Positions 52,119-63,093 of a stretch of 64,000 nt of DNA are shown here, in pieces (position 1 is the first letter of the stretch; each line of letters begins with the position of its first letter). Made by a program: the position numbers and the translations under genes. Location of the stretch: NCBI GenBank assembly GCA_964016885.1, contig OZ024750.1, positions 29,388,001-29,452,000 of the forward strand, written 5' to 3'. This stretch comes from Eledone cirrhosa (lineage: Eukaryota). The notes beneath the pieces were generated by a model. That model ran no database searches and was not told the DNA's origin. It was given only the letters and a program-made list of their open reading frames with translations.

Positions 52119-53230
52119 GCTGTATTTAATCCAGACTTTGTGTTCTGAGTTCAAATCCCACTGTGGTCAATTTAAGCAGTAACTTTTATCTGTCACTCTG
52201 TTCAACACTTTATCTAACCCTTGGACACTTAAAACAGGGTCCACTTTACTACACACATTCAGGTCAGGTCCCTGGTTTGAGGACATCTTCCTTTCTCTTT
52301 CTTTCCTTCCTTCTCACCAATCACCAAAGCCCTGTAAAGGGTCAAGGGAGTTGCCCTTCTCTCCCTGATTAAACAAGGAAAAAATAAATCTGGTTGACTG
52401 TAGGTAGAGTCCACTCTATTGCAAATATTCAGAACTGGGTATCCAGCTTGCAGACATGATCTTCCCTTCCAGTAAGGGCCAAATATCCAGCTTACAATTA
52501 CAGACTCTCCTTCCATTAAAGACCAAGTCTTCAGCTTACAAATACGACCTTCCCTTCCATTAAGGGCAACATTTCCAGTTTACAAATATTATCTTCCCTT
52601 CCATTATAGACCAGTTACTCAGCTTATGACTACAATCTTTCTTTCCATTAAGGGCCAGATACCTAGCTTAGAAATATGACCATCCATTCCATCACTCACA
52701 CAAGCCCTGAAAATGGTACTGCCATTTTGAGAAACTGTCATTCTGGATACTGTCATTTTGGGTACTGCCATCCCATCTTTGACTAAACTATTAAAAATAA
52801 TAAAGAAACTGTAGCTGACATGAAGAGGTAGCAGATATTATGTTAATGTTATGTGACTGTTACGTACAATTCACTGGTGTTTCTGTGTCTAAGTCTGACT
52901 GTGTGGGGTGGTTCATTGTTCTGGCATATATTTAGATACATGACACTATATAGTGAGGTTAGGAAGAGCTTATCTCCTCAGAGACCATGGCAATAGTCTC
53001 CTCAAGTCAGTGACTGTATGTGACAATATTGTATTATTTTAAAATTACATCACTCCTAAATAAATTCCAAGTGGATCCTGAGAGCTGGTACTTACCTTCA
53101 GCCTGTACAATTGTGTGATTGTGATTGTGTGTGTGTTTATATATATATATACATATATACATACATACATAATATACATACATACATACATACATACATA
53201 CATACACACATACATACATACACACATCAC

Positions 53231-53285
<55 letters not shown>

Positions 53286-53296
53286 GGTGTGTGATG

Positions 53297-53328
<32 letters not shown>

Positions 53329-53360
53329 CATACATACATACATACACACATCACACACAC

Positions 53361-53421
<61 letters not shown>

Positions 53422-53422
53422 A

Positions 53423-53483
<61 letters not shown>

Positions 53484-53589
53484 GCACATCTCACATTTAC
53501 ACATACAAACATATCTGTGTGTGGATGTGTGTATAGAAGAGAGAGAGAAAGAATGTGAGAAAGAAGAAATGTATATACATACATACATA

Positions 53590-54000
53590 CATGGCGGCTG
53601 CCAACTCGTTTTCGAGTACGGCCACTACTTTATATCCATGTAGGAGAACCCCTACCGATGCGCTGAACGAGTGTGACTTTTTAGTCCAGCCAGCGACTTG
53701 AAAACTTTGGTACAAACACTACACTTGTGACAAATATTGACACATAGTGCTGGGCCCATGGTACCCTGTGACGACAAGTGCAGAGAGATCTCCAGATATA
53801 AAGCAATGCCTGTGCCGTGAAGCTTTTATAGTGAGCAAAGTCACTGCACAAAGCCAGTCCCACTCTCTTAACCAAGATGATATTTACCAAAAAGAAGAAC
53901 AAGTCAACATCATTGGATACCATCAGGGTTGCAGGTGCTATATCAGAGTTTTCCTTCTCCTAGAATTCTGCCTTGACAAAGGCTAAGGGGTCATCTCTCC
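53590..54000. mobile_element. Probable non-LTR retroelement fragment in (TACA)n
   Basis: GC-richer segment between TACA repeats with TTTCCTTCTCCTAGA..TGCC..AAGGCTAA, resembling RTE-type 5' sequence in reverse. Confidence 0.4.
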
Positions 54001-54005
54001 ATACA

Positions 54006-54068
<63 letters not shown>

Positions 54069-54256
54069 ATTAAAATACTGGAGCGTGTTGGAGTTAATAG
54101 GACGAAACATTGTTGGCTAATAAAGACTTTTGATGTATTGAAGGCTTCTTTGGTTTATTTTCATAATATATATATATATATATATACATATTTATATATA
54201 TATAAATGATATTAATAAATGGAAACTATATTTAGAAATATCCCTTTGCTTATATG

Positions 54257-54295
<39 letters not shown>

Positions 54296-54297
<2 letters not shown>

Positions 54298-54512
54298 AAA
54301 GTTATATTTAAATTGTTGGGTTAACAACGAGTAAATATTTATAACTGATATAAAAGCACTCAACAAGTATTTGGAGTATATTTATGATATTAAATAAATG
54401 GAAACTATATTTATAAAACCATATTTATTTCGTTATATATATTTCAGGGATATCATATTAACAATATGTTATGCCTTCTTCAGACAAAATACAATATAAA
54501 CAGTCTTATAAA
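54296..54512 (-). mobile_element. Non-palindromic copy of the 33 kb hammerhead element
   Basis: Clearly homologous to about 33176-33393 in reverse; its tail abuts (TA)n at 54295. Confidence 0.85.
54428..54489 (-). ncRNA. Minimal type I hammerhead ribozyme
   Basis: TTTTGT-CTGAAGA-AGG..CCT-GAAAT-ATAT-ATA-ACGAAA. Differences from the 33 kb copy turn G-U pairs into A-U or G-C pairs, or fall in loops and bulges. Confidence 0.8.
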
Positions 54513-54551
54513 TATACTATACTTATAAATATACTATAACGTACTATATAT

Positions 54552-55320
54552 ATCATCATCATCATCATCAACGTTTAACGTCCGTGTTCCACGCTTGCAT
54601 GGGTTTGGACGGGGGTAGTCCCACTTGAGGCAAGAGTGATTGTCTTGCTCGCATAGGACTGTCTGGCAGGTTTTCTACAGTTGGATGCCCTTCCTAACAC
54701 CAACCACATTTACAGTGTGGGTCTGGGAGGTTTTTACCGTGTTGCCTACACGGCCACATTACAGTGTGGACTGTGTGTTTTTTTGTCGTGACACCTACAC
54801 GATCTCATTTGTTTCGGCCTGGATGGCGCGGCACCAACATAACTTTACATAGAACGGGGTGGTGTGGATGGGGTGGGGGTGGTGGCGGGACGGGGTGTAG
54901 TTTGTTAGAGATGCCTACTGGCAAGGCGGGTCTTCTCTGTTACTGAGTACCGCCAAAGGTCACGGTCCAGTGACATTGTCTTGGAGAGGTGTAAGTGTGT
55001 GAGGTCGGAATTTATCAGCTCATCCCATGTTTTTCTAGGTCTGCCTATTCCGTGGCTACCGTCTATCTTTATTGCCCTGCACTTTGTAATACAGCTATCG
55101 ACTTTCATGCGCATCACGTGTCCATACCAACGCAGCCTTCTCTCGAGTAAACAACATCTGATCCCTCTTATCTCTAATTTTTTCCTTAGTTCGTTTATGC
55201 TTTGCCGTTCACGTATATTACTGTGACACATCCAGCGGAGCATGCAAGCTTCGTTCCTCTCTAGTCTGCGTATATCCTCTGCACACAATGCCCAGGTCTC
55301 ACTACCATGCAACATTGCTG
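54552..55320 (-). mobile_element. 5'-truncated RTE-clade LINE, near-identical to 988-1577
   Basis: ORF 54905-55315 MLHGSETWAL...RRLRWYGHVMRM...GRPRKTW, same 3' region and tail. Confidence 0.92.
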
Positions 55321-55333
55321 TTATATATATATA

Positions 55334-55447
55334 GTACGTTATTCCGGGTTGAATCGGAGGTAACCACAGTAAGTAAGGTACTCAATACATTGCAGAGTAT
55401 AAAGAATGAAACAGTTCTAGTCCTGTAGAATCTCATCTATATTAAAA
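55334..55447. mobile_element. Second copy of the 44.9 kb family (hammerhead 3' half)
   Basis: Same inverted tail, then GAAACAG-TTCTAGTC-CTGTA (stem III ACAG/CTGT, GUA site); CTGATGA half missing. Confidence 0.55.
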
Positions 55448-55459
55448 TATATATATTTA

Positions 55460-56140
55460 TAATTCGTTTTTGAATTTGTCTTGTGAGATTTCTTATCTGA
55501 AAACGTGTGTTGAAACAGATATTGTTATACTTTGGGAGGGTCATGTTGACAATAAAAACACAACCACTTGTTGGTTTTCACTTCAATTTATTATAAGTTT
55601 CCAGCTGGTTGGCTGGCTGGTTGGTTTGATAACCGGAAGGTTGTTTATATATTGTCAAAGCTCTTTCGTCACGCATTCTGTGACCTCCTCAGTGACTAGG
55701 TTTTTATTCTGTGTGCCTCTCCTTTGTTCTATCCTACACCATCTTGTTGTGTGTTGTGTGCTTAGTTCGTATATGCGTTACATCCGGGTGTGTGTGTTTA
55801 TTTATTTATGTGTTTATTTACTTGTTCTATCTGTGGGTTTGATTTGTTTTGTTAGTTTGGTTTTTGCGTGTGTCTGTATGTCTTCATTTTGTCCACGATT
55901 TTTTAAATGGCTTTTTCCATGGCAATATGTATTTTTTTATCGCTAAATTATTAATAACAATATACCGTATTTGCCAGCCTATTGGATGCCCCCTCGCATA
56001 AGATGCTCCATCTTTTTTTATTATATTTTACGTTATATTTTGACATTTGTAGGTATTTTTATGGACCACGTCCAATATTCGTTGTTTTTCACTCTTCGCA
56101 GGTGTTCTAGGAATGTAACCACTGCGAATATTGAGGACAA

Positions 56141-56143
<3 letters not shown>
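55460..56143 (-). mobile_element. Penelope-like 3' end remnant between TA tracts
   Basis: TA-flanked segment holding the 55654-55696 hammerhead and a tail of about 190 nt; no convincing ORF. Confidence 0.55.
55654..55696 (-). ncRNA. Minimal type I hammerhead ribozyme
   Basis: Minus strand GTCA-CTGAGGA-G-GTCAC-AGAATGC-GTGAC-GAAA-GAGC-TT-TGAC: stem I GTCA/TGAC, stem II GTCAC/GTGAC, one extra nucleotide after A9. Confidence 0.75.
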
Positions 56144-56172
<29 letters not shown>

Positions 56173-56175
<3 letters not shown>

Positions 56176-57105
56176 TAAGATGTATGGTAGGTCGTATGTG
56201 AATCGCGATGATCACGTCTGACCTACCAAATATGTGACGGTAGCTAGTTAAGCTCTATGCGTAATTACTTAAATTATTGTATCTATTGTGCCTAAGTTGT
56301 ATCTGTTGAAGCAGCCCTTTGAAAATTCCTCGGATATCCCAAATACCGTAATTTTTAACTTTTAATGTATACTTTTCCTCAATTCGCTTTTATATATATC
56401 CTTAAAGGCTCTCTAAAATTTTAATTCTTCGAAGGGTCTCTCGGAAGAAGTTCCTATTAAAAATATTAAGGAGGCCTTTTCTGAGAGAATAATAGAAGGC
56501 TCTCTGAATTAACCTTTAATTGATTAGTTTCTTTCAACTTAGTAGGAAATATCAAAACTTCGTAAGTTTTCTGAAATTTGTAAACGTGATCTCGGGGGAA
56601 GAAGGTTTTTTTCTTTCGGGAAAATTTTTTTTTTTTTTTTTTTTCCTCTAGAAGGAATTTCATAGGAAACTTTATATATTTTTTAGGGAAACTTTATATT
56701 TTTATTTTTTATTTTATTAGCCTCTTAATTTCTTCTAGTCTAGTAGGTTTATTGGAGCCTGTAAGCTTTATGCACTTATTGAGGGATTTTCTAAGGTGCT
56801 TCTACGGGACCCCAAGTTTACTGTTAATGCGTAAATTATATATTATCTAATTTTTAAACTTCAATCCCTGACCCCGACAACTAATATAAAAGAGCCCCCT
56901 TAGAATATAGACCCCAACTATACAAGCGGAGTTGCTGATGTATACCACAATTTCAAACTGCTAGCCTTGAGTGATACGTTGATGTAAATAATGATCATAC
57001 AATCACATGTTATATGCCTTGATAAGTCCCACCATGTGGTCGGACGAAACGGCTGTCGGCAATAAACTTGTTATAATGTCATAATAGTTCCTTTGTTCTT
57101 TTTCA

Positions 57106-57108
<3 letters not shown>
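56173..57108 (+). mobile_element. TA-flanked element ending in hammerhead plus AATAAA (Penelope-like or retrozyme-like)
   Basis: Bounded by (TA)n on both sides; 5' hairpin TGGTAGGTC/GACCTACCA; 3' hammerhead at 57015-57061. Confidence 0.55.
57015..57061 (+). ncRNA. Minimal type I hammerhead ribozyme, U3-A8 core variant
   Basis: TGCC-TTGATAA-GTCC-CACCATGTGGTC-GGAC-GAAAC-GGCT-GTC-GGCA, followed directly by AATAAA and then (TA)n about 50 nt later. Confidence 0.75.
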
Positions 57109-57144
<36 letters not shown>

Positions 57145-57147
<3 letters not shown>

Positions 57148-57268
57148 TTTCATTTCATTTTACGTCCGCTTTTTCCCTGCTTGCAAGGGTGGGACGGGAA
57201 CTGATTCTGGCTTGATTTCTACAGCTGGATGCCCTTCCTAACACCAACCTCATTTTACAGTGAGTGCT
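57145..57268 (-). mobile_element. Truncated OR2-like SINE
   Basis: Matches 12450-12570. Confidence 0.8.
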
Positions 57269-57293
57269 AAAAAAAAAAACAAAAAAAAACTTT

Positions 57294-57367
57294 CGTCCCT
57301 GGGTGGACTCGAACCACCAACCTTTTGGTTAACAGCCGAACGCGCTAACTGATTGCGCCACAGAGAC
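57294..57367 (-). tRNA. tRNA-Asn(GTT), probably a decayed copy
   Basis: Reverse complement GTCTCTGTGGCGCAATCAGTTAGCGCGTTCGGCTGTTAACCAAAAGGTTGGTGGTTCGAGTCCACCCAGGGACG, followed by a T-run. Has G18>A in the D-loop and a C-A mismatch in the anticodon stem. Confidence 0.9.
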
Positions 57368-57382
57368 GATATATATATATAT

Positions 57383-58266
57383 CTCCCATGGGTACAAGCT
57401 GAAGCATATAGGTGACCGAATTAGCAGCAGAGGTGGGTGTTCAGAAAATACAATAACTAGGGTAAGAACGGGATGGAAGAAGTTCAGGGAACTACTGCCA
57501 CTGCTAGCTGCAAAAGGCTTCTCCCTCAAAATGAAAGGCAGACTGTATGATGCGTGTTACATGGTAGTGAGACCTGGGCACTGAAGGTGGAAGATTTATG
57601 TAGATTAGAGAGAAACGAAGCCTGCATACTCCGATGGATGTGTAATAGTAATATACGCGACCGACAAAGCATAAATGAATTGAGAGAGAGACTGAGCATA
57701 CGAGGAATCAAATGCTGTGTGCAGGAGAGGCGGTTGTGTTGGTATGGACATGTGATACGTATGAAGGATGACAGCTGCATAAAAAGGTGCAGAGCACTAG
57801 AAGTCGATGGAAACCGCGGAGTGGGGAGACCCAAGATGACCCGGGATGAGGTGATAAAAGCCGACCTTACCCAATTACACCTCTCCAAGGCGATGACACA
57901 CGACCGTGACCTCTGGCATCACGCAGTAATACGGAGTACCCGACCTCCCATGGGTACAAGCTGAAGCATATAGACAATATGCCCCCTCACCCTCCCACTG
58001 CAAGGTGGTCGTGGAGGTGCCACGGCAAAAAAGCACCCAACCCACACTGTAAAGTGGACGTGTAGGCGCCACGAAAAAGCACCCAGCACTCACTGTAAAT
58101 GAGGTTGGAGTTAGGAAGGGCATCCAGCTGTAGAAATCAAGCCAAATCAGTTCCTGTATGAGCAAGGCATGGTCAGCTGACCAGACACTGCCCACAACAG
58201 GACAACCTGTCTAACCCATGCTAGCGTGGAAGAACGGACGTAAAACGGTGATGGTGATGATGATGA
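57383..58266 (+). mobile_element. RTE-clade LINE fragment (diverged subfamily) with (GAT)n tail
   Basis: ORF 57554-57964 LHGSETWAL..WYGHVIRM..GRPKMT; upstream GWKKFRELLPLL motif. Confidence 0.88.
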
Positions 58267-58410
58267 TATATTAAAATAACAGATTAAATTTTAAGCAAAG
58301 AATCGCTGCTTTCACCCTTAATATTTGCTCTATGGTTCTTATATATTCGATATATATTTATCCTTATCGAGCCCTCTTCGGATTTTAGTCTTCAAATTTA
58401 TTATTATTAC

Positions 58411-58466
<56 letters not shown>

Positions 58467-58631
58467 CAGGGAGAGAGAGAGAGAGAGAGAGGGGGTAGAG
58501 AGGTAGAGATATGTAGAGACATATTGCTAGAGAACATTTCATTCATTGTTCCATGTTGGAATTTCTAACAATTCAATGTTTAAAGAAGATTTTGTTAAAA
58601 TAAAACAGAAAACTGAGTTAAGTGAGAAACA

Positions 58632-58868
58632 ACACTTAGGATTTAGTAAGTTAAGTGCTGGGCTACACCTACGATTTAGTAAGTTAAGTGCTGGGCTACA
58701 CTTAGGATTTAATAAGTTAAGTGCTGGGCTACACTTAGGATTTAGTAAGTTAAGTGCTGGGCTACACTTAGGATTTAGTAAGTTAAGTGCTGGGCTACAC
58801 TTACAATTTAGTAAGTTAAGTGCTGGGCTACACTTAGGATTTAGTAAGTTAAGTGCTGGGCTACACTT
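58632..58868. repeat. 33-bp minisatellite, about 7 copies
   Basis: ACACTTAGGATTTAGTAAGTTAAGTGCTGGGCT. Confidence 0.93.
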
Positions 58869-58920
58869 TACTCTTTTGTATAGATAAATATACACACACA
58901 TAGACTCACAGATACATAAT

Positions 58921-59108
58921 TGTTTCTACGTTAGGCACAAGGCCAGCAATTATCCAGTGCATTACTGGTACTTTATTTTATCGACCCCGTAAGGATGAAA
59001 GGCAAAGTTAACCTCGGCGGGATTTGAACTCAGAATAGCAAGGGCCGTAACTCTATACGTCAAAGCATGGCGTCCGACCCTCTCCCAATACTGCCAATTC
59101 ACCGCCCT
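58921..59108 (-). mobile_element. OK-like SINE
   Basis: 15-bp TSD TCACAGATACATAAT. Confidence 0.88.
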
Positions 59109-60044
59109 GTTTGTCACAGATACATAATGACACATAGACACACACACTCATAAACTCACAGATATACACACAGACACACACACAATTACACACACAAATA
59201 CAAGCATACACACACAAATACAAACATAAATTCACAGACACACACACAGATACACACATAAATTCTCAGACACACACACAAATACACACATAAACTCACA
59301 GACACACACACACCGATGCACACATAAACTCACAGACACACACACAGATACATATAGACTCATGGACACATACACACATATATAGATACACACACAGAGA
59401 CACACATTGACTCACAGATATACTCACACACATACAGATACACACATAAACTCACAGACACACACACATATAGATATATAAACTCATGAACACATAGATA
59501 CACACACACACACACACAGACACACAAACACACATATACACACACACACATAGACACACACAAACACACACACACGCACATAGATACACACACACACACA
59601 CAGGTACACACACAGACTCACAGATAGATACATGTAGATATATACACACACACACACAGATACACACACACATGTGCGTAGGCAGACATATACTCTCACA
59701 TTTGGATACACACACACATAGATACAAATACATAGACTCACAGACACACATACAGAGAGATGTATGTACATATAGATACACACACACATAGACAGACACA
59801 CACACGCACATAGACTCACACACATAACACCTTATACTCTAAGGGGACCAGGCCACTTTCAGGTTATGTCTCATCAGTAAGACCCCTACAGACCCCCTTT
59901 TGACCACTTGGTTATTGGAAACTTATGTGTAGGATACTTAAACCTAATGGAGATCACTCCTGCTCCTCCACAACCAGATTTAACTGGAACTCCTTTTTGC
60001 CGCCTCTGTTATTGCCCTTGGGGTTTAGGGCCACCTCTTCCTAG

Positions 60045-60442
60045 AGACTGAGAGCTGTTTGAGGGGATTGTAGGCAGATTTATCTACAAGCCTTCTGGTT
60101 CTAATAAGAGCTGTTTCAAGAGATTGTAGGTAGATTTATCAATAAGCCTTCTGGTTCTAATAAGAACTGTTTGAGGGGATTGTAGGCAGATTTTTTTCAA
60201 CAAGCCTTCTGGTTCTAATAAGAACTGTAACAGGAAATTGTAGGCAGATTTACCTTCAATTCTTCTGGCTCTACTGAGAACTGTTTCAGAGGATTGTAGG
60301 CAGATTTGCTTACAAGCCTTTTGGTTGTAATGAGAGCTGTTTCAGGAAATTGTCAGCAAATCTGCTGACAAGCCTTCTGGCTCTAATGAGAGCTGTTTCA
60401 GGAGATTGTAGGTAGATTTACCTACAAGCTTTCTGGCTCTAA
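60045..60442. repeat. Diverged tandem repeat of about 57 bp
   Basis: Recurrent GAGCTGTTT..GGATTGTAGGCAGATTT..CAAGCCTTCTGG. Confidence 0.8.
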
Positions 60443-61126
60443 CTACTATAGTGAAAACTTTGACCCCAAAAACTGGCCTCTTTCACTATACTTGCCTAAA
60501 CTGGCATACTTCTCATTCTTTAAAGCATGCTTTTACTATTCTACTTTCAAATGTCACAAAAGTGAGTTCAATTGAAACCTTTACCACCCTCATCAGACAA
60601 CATAGATAAGACTGTTTGCCTTAATCTGACTAATTAAAACAATCAGTCAGTACCCCTCCTTCCTCCAAAACAACAACAACAACAACCATGGGTCTCCACT
60701 GCTACTTCACAGATGAGTGGTTTAACAAAAGAAAGAATGTAGAGCTTAAAAATAAATAGAATAAAACAATTTGCTTGAACAACAGAAAACATATTATATA
60801 TATAGAGAGAGATATATATTTACATATATATAACGCTCTAGAGCAAATACCTTCAGTTTTTTGTTTAATCCTTTTACTTTTATTAATATCATTTTCCATA
60901 CATGGTAGTTGGAAATCATTCAGCTATTCTAAAAGAATATTAGTCTCCTGAATTTTTCATAGCAAAAATATGTTTTTTTCTTTGCAAGAAATTGTTCTTC
61001 TCACTCCACATAATGACATAATTATCCTTGCATGCTTTTCGCCCATCACCAGAGAACATTATGTCTTCCTGTTTTCTTTTGGTTGTAAGGTTTCTTTAAA
61101 TATTTACCGCATTTCCCGGCGTCGAA

Positions 61127-61382
61127 GAAATGAGATGATAGGGACTGGGGTCCCTATCATTCCACTGCAAAGTGGTCGTGGAGGTGCCACGGCAAAAAAG
61201 CACCCAGCCCACACTGTAAAGTGGACGTGTAGGTGCCACGGAAAAAAAGCACCCAGCACTCACTGTAAATGAGGTTGGTGTTAGGAAGCGCATCCAGCTG
61301 TAGAAATCAAGCCAGAATCAGTTCCCGTCCCACCCTTGCAAGCAGGGAAAGGCGGACGTAAAATGATGATGATGATGATGAT
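61127..61382 (+). mobile_element. 5'-truncated OR2-like SINE
   Basis: Body and (GAT)n tail match 28848-29178. Confidence 0.85.
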
Positions 61383-61439
61383 ATACATATGTATATTTGG
61401 TCTGCAAGATTCTTGATGTGAAATCATGTTGAAACCAAT

Positions 61440-61470
<31 letters not shown>

Positions 61471-61471
<1 letters not shown>

Positions 61472-61604
61472 GGAGTCCAGAAATAGCAGTCGAAACGGCT
61501 TGAGCTCTGCTTGAACATTTTCCTATTAACCACTCTACCACCCTCAGTATTGAGTACTCTGGTGCGTTATGGTCCATTTGGTTCCTTACCACACTTCCTT
61601 CGTT
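61471..61604 (+). mobile_element. Third copy of the 12.8 kb family
   Basis: GTCCAGAAATAGCAGTCGAAACGGCTTGAGCTCTGC followed by the same tail (GTATTGAGTAC...CCTTCGTTA); TA flanks. Confidence 0.8.
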
Positions 61605-62606
61605 ATATATATATATATATATATATAAATATGCTAAAGGCAAACAGAAATAACAAAGCAAACAACATATGTATATACCTACATATATAAACACACATAC
61701 ACACACATATATATATATGTTTAGTTATACTATTTACAATATGCTTTGTTTTGTTAAGTATATTAACAAAACAAACAAACAGATATTGTGTTACATCAGT
61801 TTTGGCTTCAGGAGCGGAGAAGGTTGAAAGTTCGGAACTTGTTGAAAATGAGGTTGAGAGGAAAAAGGGGTGGTGGGTGTGACAATAGGAAATAGAATGG
61901 CATAGAAAACATGGAGAATAGTTAGCCCAGTTGAATTACATGTTTGATTACACGGTAACATGTAGCAATACTGCTGCAATACTGTTACAAGACTGCTACC
62001 TTTATAGGGGAGGTAGGACCACTGCAATAAGTGTGAATCTGAAAGGGGAATATGTTGAATAAGATCATAATTAACTGATCCTTCTGTATTTTCTTTTATC
62101 CCAAAGACAGGAACTTTTTAGCTCCTCTCCTGTGTGTGTGTGTGAGTGCATGCGTGCGTGTTAAATGACTTTATCTTCTATTTACCTAATAGAATAAATG
62201 ACATGACACACAGATTACAAACAATATATACTTAGTTTGTAGATCACTATAATTGAATAGTCAAATACTTCACAGCTGGGACTTAGATTACTTAGTTCTA
62301 ATAATATATATATATATATACACACCCACTCACCCATATATATATATACATCAACCCACCCTAAATATATATATGATGATGATATATATATATATATATA
62401 AAATATTAAAAAAATAATGAATAAAACAATATTGTTTTATTCATTATTTTTTTAATTATTTTTTTAATATTTTATCTTGACTCTGTATTCCGTTTATCTT
62501 TCACCGAAAGTGATTTTTCATTGCATCTCTTCTTTCCATGATATCCGGATTACATTGAGTTCTTCATACGGATTGGACACTACCGTAAACTCTTGGTAGA
62601 TTTATC

Positions 62607-62670
<64 letters not shown>

Positions 62671-62672
62671 TA

Positions 62673-62708
<36 letters not shown>

Positions 62709-62726
62709 TGTATGTATGTATGTATG

Positions 62727-62771
<45 letters not shown>

Positions 62772-62776
62772 ATATA

Positions 62777-62812
<36 letters not shown>

Positions 62813-62834
62813 TATATATATATATATATATATA

Positions 62835-63049
62835 GGTGTGTGGCTGAGTGGTTAGAGAATTGGATTCGCAATCTTGAGGTTGTGAGTTTGATTCCTGGAC
62901 TGGGCGATGCGTTATACCCTTGAGCAAGACACTTTATTTCACGTTGCTCCTTCTACCTGGAGTTGCGACCGATAGATAGTATTAGCAACTGGAAAGACCA
63001 ACGGAAACATTGTTTCCTCGGTCTGATTTGACGAAAGTCGATCGATCCT

Positions 63050-63055
<6 letters not shown>
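62835..63055 (+). mobile_element. tRNA/CORE SINE with a different tail ending in poly-T
   Basis: A/B boxes plus CORE-like segment; tail similar to the reverse complement of about 27600-27695. Confidence 0.75.

Positions 63056-63090
<35 letters not shown>

Positions 63091-63093
<3 letters not shown>

Noticed and set aside
53080-53112. Minus-strand micro-exon CAG|GCTGAAG|GTAAGT
   Set aside because: Good donor but no pyrimidine tract and no supporting context.
58270-58410. Possible minus-strand hammerhead in a TA-flanked segment
   Set aside because: GAAA plus a plausible stem III are present, but no consistent core, stem I and stem II could be assembled.
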